Assembly: GCF_018350175.1 (NCBI RefSeq)
Contig: NC_058373.1
Span: forward strand, 105,402,001 to 105,466,000
Direction of reading: 5' to 3'
Length of the DNA stretch: 64,000 nucleotides
From: Felis catus
Taxonomy: Eukaryota
Under the pieces are notes generated by a model. That model was not told where the DNA came from. It was given only the letters and a program-made list of their open reading frames with translations, and did no database searches. Position numbers and translations under genes: made by a program. Shown in pieces: positions 38,615 to 51,124 of this stretch (positions are counted from its first letter, which is position 1; every line of letters begins with the position of its first letter).

Positions 38615-39445
38615 CATTTATTCATGAACTCATTTAATCTTGTTATGTATTCGATAGCTACACAAGAGCCTTCCATATATGAGGTATTGTGCTAGGCGTG
38701 GGAGAAGGGGTAGAGAGCAAGACAATGCTTCCCTGACCCATGGAACTTACTTTCATGCAAGAAAGACAGATGCTAAACACACAATTCCGTACTGAGTTAA
38801 TTGTGTATGTCAAATGGGTGAAGGCAAAATACCTGTTGTTAGAACATGTAAAGAGGACTTGCCCTTGTTTGGTGAATCAGGGAAGATTTTTAGGGTGAAG
38901 GATGCTTGCATTGAGCTTTGAAGGACAAGTAGGAATTAATTAGACAAAAGAATAGGGGGGAAATATTTAAGCCAGAAAGAATAGCATGTGCAAAGGCCTG
39001 GGGAAGGCAACATCATAAAGGGACTTGATGGAGTTTAATCTTTCGTTGCTTGTACAATGAGAAGCCTTTGAGAGTTTTAAAGTATCACAGCATCATGAGT
39101 CAATTTGCATTTTGAAACTATGGTTCTGGGCACAGTGAGGAGAGTGGGTTGGAAGGAGGAGAGGGTGGAGGCTATCGTGTCAGTGCAGGGAGGAGATGAA
39201 GGTTTCTTAAATAGTGTGGAGAAGATGGAAGGAAGAGAACTGATTTGAGACATGTATAGGGGGTAAAATAGGACTTGGAGATCGATTAGGTCCAGGGGTG
39301 AGGGAAAGAAAGGGGTCAAGGAAGACAAGCCTGGTGTGGAGAAGGACCAGGCTTGCTAGGAGGGTGGAGATGATGAGTTGAGAGTTGGGTATGGTGATTT
39401 TGAGGTGCCTGGCACACAAGTGGAGATATTCAGCGGGCACATCTC
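38615..39445 (-). mobile_element. L2 3' region
   Basis: attgtgctaggc, agcatgtgcaaaggcctgg, gatgatgagtt...ttgaggtgcct...caagtggagatattcag motifs. Confidence 0.75.
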
Positions 39446-39671
39446 CATTGGAAGCACATTGTTAGTTGGATGAGCCAATGGTCATCCCCAATTCCTTTTT
39501 TCCCTTTCTCAACTGCCATAGTAAAATAAACCAGGAACATTTATCAGTCTTTTCCAGTCTCATAGACAAAGGTGATCATTCAAGTCAACTCTGGCCAGTG
39601 AAAAAAGAGGAAGCATATTGGTAAGCCTTTGACTTCTCTGATAAAAGAAACAGATACAAGAGAGGAATTGC

Positions 39672-39810
39672 TTCATTAAGAGAAATGAAAACATATCTTC
39701 ATACAAAAATTTGTACCTGAATGTTCACAGTAACAGTATGCATCATGGACACAAAGTAGAAATTACATACATGTCCAAGACTGCAGAATGGATAAACAAA
39801 AATGTGTCCG
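39672..39810 (+). mobile_element. Old L1M fragment
   Basis: agagaaatgaaaacatat...gaatgttcacag...gaatggataaacaaaaatgtg. Confidence 0.7.
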
Positions 39811-40515
39811 AGTGTGTGACTGGCTATTTTAGTTTCATTGTCTTGTCCAATCCTTCCATTGAAAACAGATCCTCACAGGTTGAAGTGGGAGTAGGGGGTG
39901 ACCGACCGAGAAAAGAAAAGGGATACATAATGGGAGGAAAAAATCAGTTAATATTTTAAAACGTGATATTATCTCATGCATGGCAGTTTGCAAACAACAC
40001 TCTTCTCACTGTGAGGTACCAGTTGTTAACAAGATGAACCCTGTGCTTTTCTTTGAGGGAGGTTAGAATCTTCATATTCTGTGCATTTTCCCCTGAGATA
40101 TATCACAAAGCAAATAATTCAGAGACACTGATTCAGCCTTCCAATGGGATGGTTCTACCTGAAACAAGGTGTTTCACAGCTCCCCTATTACAGCTGACCT
40201 GTCCAAACAGCTATTTTTATGCTGGGAGGACTGTATCTGAGTCCCAGTCAGAAACAGAGGAAATCCACAACAAAATCAACATCTAAGTGTCTAAATCAGG
40301 AATGGTAAATATGTGGCATGGATACTACTAACACACAACTCTCCTTGCCTGTGACAGACATCACTCTCTGTTGATTTACTTTTCCTATCAAACCCAGAGG
40401 TATTCTTGGAAACTGTCAACATTGGGCTTAAGACAATCGATCAGATTAGCTCCTGGGGAGAATCCAGTTTGCCCTCATTGGTCCAGGAAGTCAACTTAAG
40501 AGCTCCAATTTTTCA

Positions 40516-40715
40516 GGGGCACCTGGGTGGCTCAGTCAGTTGAGTGTCAGACTTGAGCTCAGGTCACGATCTCACAGTTTGTGAATTCCAGCCCCTCTTT
40601 GGCTGGCTGCTGTCGGCGCAGAGCCTGCTTTGGATCCTCTGTCCCCCCCGCCCTCTCGGCCCCTCCTCTGCTTGCACTCTCTCAAAACTAAATAGAAACA
40701 TTAAAAAAAAAAAAA
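40516..40715 (+). mobile_element. Can-SINE
   Basis: TSD aaga(g/a)ctccaatttttca. Confidence 0.93.
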
Positions 40716-43267
40716 GAACTCCAATTTTTCATAAGTACAAATGTATGCTAAATAATTTAGTATTGTCCATTTAAGAGTCACGCACTGCAGACACTTTATC
40801 TTTGAACCGTTTCTCTCCAGAGGTCCCATTCTTTTTGAATTAGGAGCAGTGGGTGCAGGGGAAGGCTGCTGACCTTTGGGTTAGGATGCCTCTGTGACTG
40901 AATCAGTTACTTAATGCTTCCTGACCTTGCTTTTAATCATCCACAAAATGGGGAGTCTTCAATGGAAATACTTAAATGTGTCTGGTCATTGTCATTTAAG
41001 TAAAAGTCATAATATGTTGTTTGCATTTGTTGGGGCATGAATAGCTGTAAAGCACCCTATTTAGCTTTAAAAAAAATGATTTAGAAAGTTCTACCTCAAC
41101 TTGCCAATTCTTGGTCAGATTTTTCTGTCCTAATAGTATTATTAAGCTCCATTTAAAATCTAACCAGAATCCAGGATGCTTATTAACTTTTAATCCTTAT
41201 ATTAATTGCATATAGATTTGCCAACATGGCCCTATTTACTTGAAGCCTATACCCCTTTTCTTTTCATTGGCATTCAGCAGTGTCTTTAGAATCTAGTCAT
41301 TCTAAAGAAGTGAGAAGTGAGCTGAACTCCCCTTAGCCGAATGCTTTCTGAGTTAAGCCTATTGACTTGTTTCCTAAGTTAGTTTTTACATATTTAAAGT
41401 CAGACACTTGTTGGCCTGCTACTTGCATGCTTCAGCATGGATACTAATCCCAGGATCCTGTGAGATAAAAAAAAATAATAATAAAATCAATAATCATATT
41501 GATTCCCTTTTTGGTGCCTATAGCCTTTTTCTCTGATACTGTTTTGGTGACTTCCCAGGAGTATCGAGTGTCATGGTTTGGAGGTAAGCAAGTTTGTTTT
41601 AGAGACAGGATTTCACATTTCTGTAGGTGGTGTTTACAGTGTAGAGCCCCTAATCAATTATTTAATTAATGAGTACCCAGTAAATCCTGCTAAGTTTTAC
41701 ACATTATTACAGGGTCAGAAGGAAAGTCAAGGTCACCGTCCAAAGATGTATAACTGTCAGTTGGGTTGTGTCTAATCAATAACAAAAGCAAACAATTTAT
41801 ACATAGGTCTGCATGTCGGACATGTACAGAGCATCTACCATGGGGAGTCATGCTAGGTCCTCGGGATATAAAGTTTTACAAAACATGACTTCTGCCTTTG
41901 AAAGGCTAGGTCTCTCTGGATTTGTGGAACGTGCATGCAGAGAGAGGACAAGGTGAGGGATGTATCTCAGTTTGTAGAGCTTGTATCAATCATCTGGGTG
42001 CAGAGACGTTTGGGTTTCTCCAAGATTTTGGAGAAAAGATCATGAAAGGTTGAAGGGCCTCTATAGCAAGTGTGGGGTTGGTAGGTGGAGGAAGGAAAGT
42101 AGGAGAAGAACTATTGAGCTGGGGGAGGCATCCCAGTGTCCTGAGGAACAATGAGGGATTGTGTCTGACTGGAACCGGGGTTCATGCAGGGAGTTACAGG
42201 AGAGGAGGGGGCAGAAATCGGTTGGGGCCAGGCCTTAGACGCCTTTGACTTCTAGCCATGGCACTTGGAGCTGCTTCTGGGTATATGGATAGCCTCTGAT
42301 GATAGTTTTTAGGTGGCATTTAAAAAAGATGAAATCTACCATGTTATGTGGAAGGACCTGGCGTGGCAGAGACACTAGATGCAGGGGAAATATTTACGAG
42401 GCATCTAACTACCATTTGAGTTGCAAGATCAAAAAAAATTTTTTTTTTCAATCTAAGGACAAAGAAATAAGTTGAGTGTCACTAAGCTGCTGGGATGAAG
42501 CAAAAAGAGAGGCAGACAAGCATTTACCACTGTGAAAAGAGGTTTTCCTTACGATTTACTACTTGTGAAAAAGAAAGGATTCGATCTGGACTGCCATAGA
42601 CCTGTATATCCACAGGTCATCTCTGATTGCAGGTGGGCTTTTAGCATTAAGTTAGGGGTGTTCCCGTTGCTGGAAGGTGCGGTGAGAGCAGGTGGGCTCT
42701 TCAGGGACTGCGTGCGCTGTGCCCATCTCTGTGCCCTCTGGACTGCAGAGTGCGTTTCCGGGTGACCTTGTGGCACTTGACAATCTTCCTTGAATAACTG
42801 AAAGCCATTAAAGAGAAAAGTGGATAAACAACAGAATTGCCCGAGGAAAGATGAAGGAAGAGAATAAGGAAGCCGTCCACGGGGAAAGAGGCCACTAAAC
42901 ATCCCCTGGGTGAGGGAAGCTGGAAAATAAAAAGTATATAACATGTCAAGGCCATTGTGTTGCAAGTGGCAAGGACAGAGCCAAGACTGCCTACCTTAGT
43001 GAAAGGGCGTAAGACAAGGATTCAAGGGAGAATCAAGGAAGACAGGAAGTGATCCCGGTACAGTCAGTCCTTGATTATATGGTCACCTGTTCATTTATTC
43101 CCCCAAAGTTCACAAGGTCTTCTCTGAGGGAAACTAAGCAGCTGGAATGCTTGGATTGAGGGAATAGCATTTGCAAAGGCACAGAGGTATGAACAAGCAA
43201 GGTGCTGGCAGACACGCCAAGTGTTTGGGTATTGCTAGAACACACAGAAGTTATAAACAGAACTTCT

Positions 43268-43476
43268 GGGGGCCCCTGGGTGGCTCAGTTGGTTGGGCAG
43301 ATGGTATTGGCTCAGGTCATGACCTCACGATTGTGAGAATGTGCCCTGAGTCAGGCTCTGTGCTCAGCATGGAGGAGCCCACTTGGAATCCTCTCTCTCC
43401 CTCTGTCTCTGCCCCTCCCTCACTCATTCTCTTTCTCTCAAAATAAATAAATAAACTTTAAAAAATTAAAAAAAAA
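43268..43476 (+). mobile_element. Can-SINE
   Basis: TSD cagaac(t/a)tctgg. Confidence 0.92.
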
Positions 43477-43542
43477 CGCAGAACATCTGGCAGCCCACAG
43501 AAGTGTAGAATTTGGCTGAAGCAGTGTTTTGTGTTCTAAATT

Positions 43543-43975
43543 TGTATTTGTCAATGCTGTAATTGGAAGACTTCACACAAAAGTAGCTGTTTCATAAGAC
43601 ATCATCACAAAACTTACTGATTTGAAATTGAGCCATTACTTTAGTAACTCTCATGGTTCTAGGAACAACCGGGCTCAGCTAGAGATTCTCATCCAGGGTT
43701 TTTCATGTGGTTGCAGTCAGCAGGTGGCTGGGATTGGAGTTGAAATTGAAATTGAAAACATCTCACCCACTTATCTTGTGGTTGCTAGGACTTTAGCAGG
43801 GGCCGTTAGCCAGAACACCTACACGTGGAATCTCCACATGGCCTGAGCTTCTTCAGAGCATGACTCTTGGGTTCCAACAACAAGTTTGCAGAGACAGGAA
43901 GAGGAAGCTCCCAGCTTTTTAAAGTTTGGGACCAGAAATAGAACATCACATCCACCGTATTCTATCGGTCAAGTC
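43543..43975 (-). mobile_element. Old MaLR LTR (MLT1-type)
   Basis: ctcatggttct...gggctcagct...cagaacacctacacgtgg...ctccacatggcctgagcttc. Confidence 0.6.
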
Positions 43976-43976
43976 G

Positions 43977-44331
43977 TGTATGAGCTGAATTGTCCCCCTA
44001 CCTGTTCGTATGAATAGGAGTGTATTGGGAGATACAGTCTTTAAAGAGGTACTTAAAATGGGATTATTAGGGTCAACCTTAACCTAGCATGACAGATGCC
44101 CTTGTAAGGATGCCAGACATGTTGTACCTACAGACTGAGGGGTGACCATGTGAGGACATAGCAAGAATGTGGCCATCTGCAAGCCAAGGAGGGAGGCCTC
44201 AGAAGAAATCAAACCTGCTGACACCTTGATCTTAGACTTTTAGCCCTCAGAACTGTGAGAGTACACATTTCAGTTGTTTAAGCTACTCAATCTGTGGTAT
44301 TTTATTTTAGGAGCCCGAGTGGACTAATATA
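43977..44331 (+). mobile_element. MaLR LTR (MLT1A/B-like)
   Basis: tgtatgagctgaattgtcccc...gccatctgcaagccaagg...cctgctgacaccttgatctt...cagaactgtgaga...gactaata. Confidence 0.85.
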
Positions 44332-46919
44332 CCATGGAAAGGTTTTGGGTCATAGGGTGGCATGACTCTCTCAATCTCTCTCTCTCTCTCTAGCCACTCA
44401 CCCATCTGTCTGTCTCTCTAGTGACAGTGTGAAGGTCGTACTAGAAGTTAGTGGCCAGAGGCAAGAATATAGCTAAGCAGTTCTTTCAGTGGTCAGATGA
44501 ATGGGCAGGTGATGAGCAGTATATTGGGAATGGGAGAAAGGGACAAAGCAGGTGTCCAATTCTCAGGTGTAAAATTGGCAGTGTTTGGTGATGGGATATA
44601 CGGGGTGGGCGTTCCTCAGAGGGAAAGGCCAATGAATGCCAGATGCAGGGTAATGGAATCCTATGGAGGGGGGGTTTGGCCACATTTAATAACACCTTTC
44701 ACTGGTGGAAATTTATAATGGTGTGAAGTAATGTGAGATGCATACAGCTGTGCCCCAGAGCTCAGAGCCCCTTACTTCACCCTCTTCCTTCTAGGCAAGG
44801 TGGACTAAGGCTCTGTTTTGCAGAGGACAGGGTGACTGGCAAAGGACATTCTTTCCTTTTTCAGATAGCCCTGTGCCAAGGGGACTCTGAGCACACCCAC
44901 ACCACACCCGGGATGCACCAGCCTGCAAAAGTAGCTCTGTGTCGAGCTGGGCTGAGCCCTGGCCCCACAGACATGTCCAGAATCAGGGGCACACAGGGAA
45001 CGTTCTGTGTCTCACTGCTGTTGCCACCAAGCCAGTCCTGAGGGTCCCAACATCATCATCCTCTCGATGACCTGGCTGACTTTGTTCCCATGGGAGCCTA
45101 TTAATAAACCACCATTATACAATAATTATGATGGTAAAACCATGTGTGTGGGGCAGTATTTAACCAGTGAAAATAGATTAATTTGAAATATGTGATCATT
45201 CCTGATAGGAGTTAAAGCTGACCTTTTCTTGACATATATCAGGAAAAAAGTGGGAGGGAGGATAACCAAGTGAGTAGAAAAGGTAAGATATCAAGAAGTT
45301 TACCTCCTCCAGGATAAGATTTTCTAGTGCCTTTAGAAGAAGTCCTTTGCATATAAACAAAGCCCTTTCCAGCTGAGGCCAGCCTGGTTCAAGATGCCAT
45401 TTTAGAGTTAATTATAAGTCCTTTTTCTTCTTTAACTAAAGCATGTCTCTTCCACTGCACCTCTTCTGCTTTGATGCCAACTGCATTTGAACTTGAAAAA
45501 GCACATTTCCTTATCCACAAACACCATTTCAGACTTTCTCAATTTAAGCAAGTCCTCTTTCTCAAGAACTGGAACACAAATTGGGGGTGGGGTGGGGTGG
45601 AAAATGGATGAAAAGAATTTACAATACAAAACTTTAAGTACAAATGAATGTTGTTGGATCTGCTTCCCCACCACCCCCACCTCCGTTAATTTCTACTTGC
45701 TACTTGGAAGGCCTGGGCAGGGTGCGGTGCCCTGGGCTCACAAGAACATGTCACAGCCAGCCAGAGGGGTCCTCTTCCCACATTGTATCTCTGGCAAGCT
45801 GTAAACCCACTATGTCTTACATGGGAACCATGCCAGGAATTTTCCCCTTAAAAGATGCACAGAGATGGTGTATTTTGATTAAAAGAAAAAAAGTCTGGCT
45901 GGTTACAATGAAGATTACAACACGCTCTACTCATGTTATTCACATCCACAATGCCACTGCTGTTTTCTCTCCTTGATCCTTAGATTCCTGGTCTGGCACT
46001 TCCATTCTAAAGTTTGAACATGAACACAATGACTTCTGAATCACCCCTCTGGGCACAAACAGCCCTCAAGCTCTCGCCATGTGTTTTTTTTTCCCTCCCT
46101 TATATCTGTTTAAACATTTCAGCTCAGAGTGCAGTGCTTAGGTCTAAAAATGGCTTGAATGTAATTACTAACAATGTTACCTCTCTGCCGAAGCCTGTAA
46201 TTCCCTCTTGATTAAGATGGCGATATTGATTTGACTGGGATTGCATGCAAATAAACCGTGACATTGGGAGAGGTGTAGTCTTTCAGTTTGCAGTGTGTCT
46301 GTGATTTCACTGTAGTGGTCAAGTTTCCCCCACCCATATGGTTTGGCTACAGCATTTATAGGGATTAATACCTGTCTGCTAGGCTCAGATGGAAACTGTA
46401 GCCATCAGAAGTTCTCAACTGGAGCCTTTGTTTAGGTTGTGCCTATCAACTGCAGCCATCTCTGCTCTTACATTTATCAAAGTAATTGAAGAGGAATGGG
46501 CTCTCTCTGTCAGGCTGGCTGTCCAAAGGTCATGGTACTTCAGAAGGAGACAGGTGGAGGAGGGGATTGGAAAATATTTTCAGGCAGTGAAGTGATTTGG
46601 TAATTCACCACCACAAAAGAATCTGTACCACTGTTCCCCAGTCAGGCATTGAAGAATATGTTCTCTTAAAGTAAATGGTCACCACTTCATATTGATTTGC
46701 AACAAAGTTTCTAGCCATGAGTCCTTTTAAGGCTAAGGGGGAAAAATGTTTTGGGAGGACATAACTATACCTCCCACTCAAACAGACTCTGTGTTGCCTG
46801 GCGTTACAGTGTAAGAGAGGTCAGACAGGATGAGTGCCATTGAGGGCAATCTCCTGGCAAAACTAATTTGGAAAGTGTGTAATTCAAATGAAACTGATGT
46901 CTAAATGGAGAAGGAATGC

Positions 46920-46923
<4 letters not shown>

Positions 46924-46969
<46 letters not shown>
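46924..46969. repeat. (TG)n microsatellite
   Basis: Direct observation. Confidence 0.97.
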
Positions 46970-46971
<2 letters not shown>

Positions 46972-46984
46972 CATAAATTAATCC

Positions 46985-47618
46985 TACAAATTAGCTGCAT
47001 ATAAAAGGAGACTAAAGAGACATAGCAACTAAATGCAATACCTAATTCTAGACTGGTCTAAGAGGACAGCAGGGTTACAAAAGACACGATGCAATCAACT
47101 GGTAAATTCGGAATATGGGCAATAGATCATATAAAATTATAGCATCATCAGGTCATGATCTCACGGTTTGTGAGATTGAGTCCCGCATAGGGCTCTGTGC
47201 TGACAGCACAGAACCTGCTTGGGATTCTCTTTCTCCCCCTGTCTCTGCCCCTCCCCTGCTCACATGCTCTCTCTGTGTCTGAACATAAATAAATTAACAC
47301 TAAAATTTTTTTGAATAAAAAAATTGCTGAAGTTGATAGACAACTGTAGTATGGCTACATAGAAGAATATCGTAATTTGAAAAATACACATGATATACAC
47401 AACTTATTTTTAAGTAATTACAAATTACACATATGTTTTGCACATATATTTTTACATATGTATATGAGAGAGAAGGGAGAAAGGGAAAGACAAAGAAAAC
47501 AAATGATAAAACAAATGGGTAAAATGTTAATAGGTGATTTTGGGTGAAGGGTACTCTTTTTTCTATTCTTAGTTTTACAATTTTTCTGTAAGTTTGAAAT
47601 TGTTTCCAAATAAAAAGG
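46985..47618 (+). mobile_element. L1MC-type 3' end with a nested SINE fragment
   Basis: aaaggagactaaagagacatagcaactaaatgcaat...tttttctgtaagtttgaaattgtttccaaataaaaag. Confidence 0.75.
47148..47300 (+). mobile_element. 5'-truncated Can-SINE
   Basis: Starts at tcaggtcatgatc; CT tract and tail present. Confidence 0.88.
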
Positions 47619-48556
47619 TAAGAGGAAGGGATGCCTTTAGATATCTGAGCCAAATCTTGCCTCATCCAAAACTCTTTTGCCATGGGGTAAGTGAAAATTC
47701 TGACTTTGGTTTTTTGTTTTTTTGGATTTTTTTTTTTTTGGTATTAGTGTTCTACTTTTTTTCTGTTTTCCCCTTTCTACAAAGATACTTAACTGGGAGA
47801 AGATACCAAAGCCTCATTTGTTGATCAGATAGATGTTGAGTTGCTCAAGATGCATGACCAGAGCAGAAGTGTTTGGCAAAAGTCAAAATCCTGACAAGGT
47901 GGAAGAAACCTAAACCGTGGAGGTGTACTCATGTACATGTTGACTTAGCTGCCAGGGATATTGCAGAAGCCCTTTAGTGCTTCTCATTTTCTCTCCTCTC
48001 TCCACCAGACTTGCTCCTCGCAGTTAGAATTACCTGCATCTAGCACTGCTTTCCTCTTGTGATTGCCTTGTTCAAGCACTTAGAATTCCTTCTGTTCCTG
48101 ATTTCTCCATTCTCATCCTGAAGTTACTATTGTTTTCCACACTCCATTCCCAAACAGAACCTCCCTTCATTTCTGCTAATCACTCTAACTCCAACTTCAT
48201 ACACTTCAACCAACCACAGCTCTCTGATTACTTAATCTCTTCCTTTATGAATGTGACTTTTTTCTGATAACTTATGAAAATAGTCCCTGTTTACCATAGA
48301 TGATTTTGAGAAGCACTGAAAAGCACAAAGAAAGAAAACAAATGACTCACCCCAAATGCCACCAGTCAAGACTGATTATCTCACCATTCAAGACAACCAC
48401 TATATTTCGTATTTTCCTTCCTTTTTCTATGCGTACATTTGTATGTGTGTATATAATGAGGTCTATTCTCTTTTTTTTCTCGCTTAACTTTACTCTGTGA
48501 TATCATTAAACATGGTTTTTAAAAGTTGTATGATTTTCAATTAAATGGAAGAACCC

Positions 48557-48722
48557 TAGGCTGATATCCAGCCGTTAGGTAACATGGATGGTTACTAATT
48601 GGTTGGTGCATCTGTTATGATTGGTTAGTCTATTGGTTTTGATTGGTTGGTGTGTTGGTTGTAGTTATAATTGGTTGGTGCCTGTGTCATACCAGTTGTC
48701 AAATATTTTGAATATCACCAGT
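48557..48722 (-). mobile_element. hAT-Blackjack MITE (MER81-like) with internal repeats
   Basis: Termini ggctgatatcca and tgaatatcacca are imperfect inverted repeats; ttggtgcctgtgtcataccagttgtcaaatattttgaatatcacc matches the recalled MER81 in reverse. Confidence 0.65.
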
Positions 48723-49548
48723 AGTTATATCATTACAGTGTTAACCTTTTCCTTATTATTGGACATTTGGGTTATATTTAATTCATGCTATTATAAGTAA
48801 ATCTATAAAAGAAACACACAATAATTTTTGTATAAATGGCTAATAATTTCCTCTGGTTAAATTTCTAGAAACTCAGTAACAGGCCAAAGGTATGATTATT
48901 TTAAAGGCTCTGATGCAATAGCTCTGCAGAAAGATTAGATTCATTTCCAATATACTCTGGCCAAAAGGGCACTAGGGTGTCACTGAACCCTGCAAGCCCG
49001 AGTATTATCATTTTAAAAAGATCTTTGCTAATCTGATGGTTGAAAAATAATGTCTTGCTTTAATTTGTATTTCTTTTGCTTGTATTTTTAATGTGAGCAT
49101 TTGAATATTTTACAATGTGTTTTGCCAGTTTTTCTCTGCTCACTTTTCTGCTTTACAATTCATCATGTTTCTAGGCTCTGTCTTTACTTTTTTTGTAGAT
49201 GTGACAGCTGTCCCCCTCACTGACTGCCAGGATTAGTTTGGCTACTCTCCTTGGCAAGGCTGGTGCCACTTTCTTCACAAACCCACTTGCAGGCCTCCTG
49301 AAGCAGTTCCTTAGTTGGAAAAGATTGTTTTCATATTTGCAGATGAGTTATGTTGTAGGGTATTTATGTTGCTTTCCGTGGGCGTGTTGTTGTTTCCCTT
49401 ATAATCCAAGTTCTTCAAAGGCCAGTTCTTTGGCTTTTAATGAAAAGAAAATATTTCTTTGGAACTGGTTTGATTATCTATTACTATGTAATAGATCTTC
49501 TTGAAACTCAGAGGTTTACAATACTAATTTATTACTATCTGTCACGTT

Positions 49549-49550
<2 letters not shown>

Positions 49551-49595
<45 letters not shown>
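49551..49595. repeat. (GT)n microsatellite
   Basis: Direct observation. Confidence 0.97.
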
Positions 49596-49598
<3 letters not shown>

Positions 49599-50108
49599 GC
49601 TAGGCTATTGTTGCTTGAGGTATCTCTTGAAGTTGTAGTCACATGGTGTTAGAGACTAGAGTCATCTGAAAGCTCGACTGGATGGGGCACCCAAGATGGC
49701 TTTTTGTCTCACGTGTCTGACTCCTCATATGAGATAGCTGGAGCAGGTAGGGGCTGTCTGGGCTCTCTATCCTCTACCTTTCTTTCTCTCCCTCTCTTTT
49801 GTGGCTTTTTCACACGGCAACATTGGGCTTTCTCAAAGCATGGCAGTCTTATGGCATTTGAACTTCTTATGTGGGGCTAGCTTCTCCCAGAGCAAGTACT
49901 CCAAAGAGATCACCTTAGAAGCTGCAAGGTTTCTTATGGCATAGTCTTAGAAATCATGTGGTATCACTGTAGCCACATTCTATTGATCAGAAGGGAGTCA
50001 CAGAGTTCTCAAAAGTGAGAGCCCTGTTTACAGAGGAGGGGACTACCCAGGGGAGTAAATACCAGGAGGCATGGTTGGAAGGGCATCTTTGGAGACAAGC
50101 TACCACAG
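49596..50108 (-). mobile_element. Old MaLR LTR (MLT1-type)
   Basis: gagtcatctgaaagctcgactgg...caagatggct...gccacattctattg...ggcatctttggagacaagctaccaca. Confidence 0.7.
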
Positions 50109-50886
50109 GTGCCTCACATTGATTGCATTACATCCATACTTAGCATTCAGTAAGTTCTTATTAAATGAGCAACCTAGAAACTAGGGATAAATGGTTTTTT
50201 AAAAAAGCCATTTGACCTTAATTTCCTTTACTGATGGGGAGGGCCCAGGGACTGAGCCATGAAAAATGAGACTTTGGCATAGCTACAATCTAATCTCAGA
50301 GGAGCAAGTAACCTCAAAGAAATTCACTTATGGGCGTAATTATATCCTACTGACAACTGGATATTTTATTCCAAGATTCTATTATCCTTAGTTATCTAAC
50401 CAATATTTTCCTATTTATCCTCATTTTCTGCCTCTGAATAGGGAGGCAGCTGCACCAAAGCCAAATCTCCCATCACATATGCTGTTGTTAAACATAATAA
50501 AGTTACTCCAATGCCATTGCGTATCCTTTCTAATTCATACCATTAGAAGTTTGGTGTTAGTTACAGGGACAGCCCATCTTTTCATAAGAGATCTAGTCCT
50601 CAAAGTTTGTTTTTGAATGTAGGTAGGGGAAGGGGCCACCATTGTGTCTCTGTCTGACTCACTCAGGGGAAGTTTGGGGTCAAGTCTGCTTTGGCCTAAA
50701 GTGTAAAATTGATCCATTCCTTTCCCACACAGTAACAACTTCTTCTGATAGCCTCCAAATGGAAAACACATGATGCTTTAAGATTTCATTAATTCAGCTA
50801 AAGATAATTTCTCACTAACAACGTTTAAGATTATACCACATGCCTTCTAGGAACTTACAGCAGAGAAGAGAATAGACGTATATCTT

Positions 50887-51124
50887 TTTTTTTTTTTTTA
50901 ATTAAAAAAAAAGTTTTTTTTCAACGTTTATTTATTTTTGGGACAGAGAGAGACAGAGTATGAACGGGGGAGGGGCAGAGAGAGAAGGAGACACAGAATC
51001 AGAAACAGGCTCCGGGCTCTGAGCCATCAGCCCAGAGCCTGACGCGGGGCTCGAACTCACGGACCGCGAGATCGTGACCTGGCTGAAGTCGGACGCTTAA
51101 CCGACTGCGCCACCCAGGCGCCCC
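50887..51124 (-). mobile_element. Young felid Can-SINE (SINEC_Fc-type)
   Basis: Perfect 18-bp TSD agaatagacgtatatctt at 50869-50886 and 51126-51143. Confidence 0.96.
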
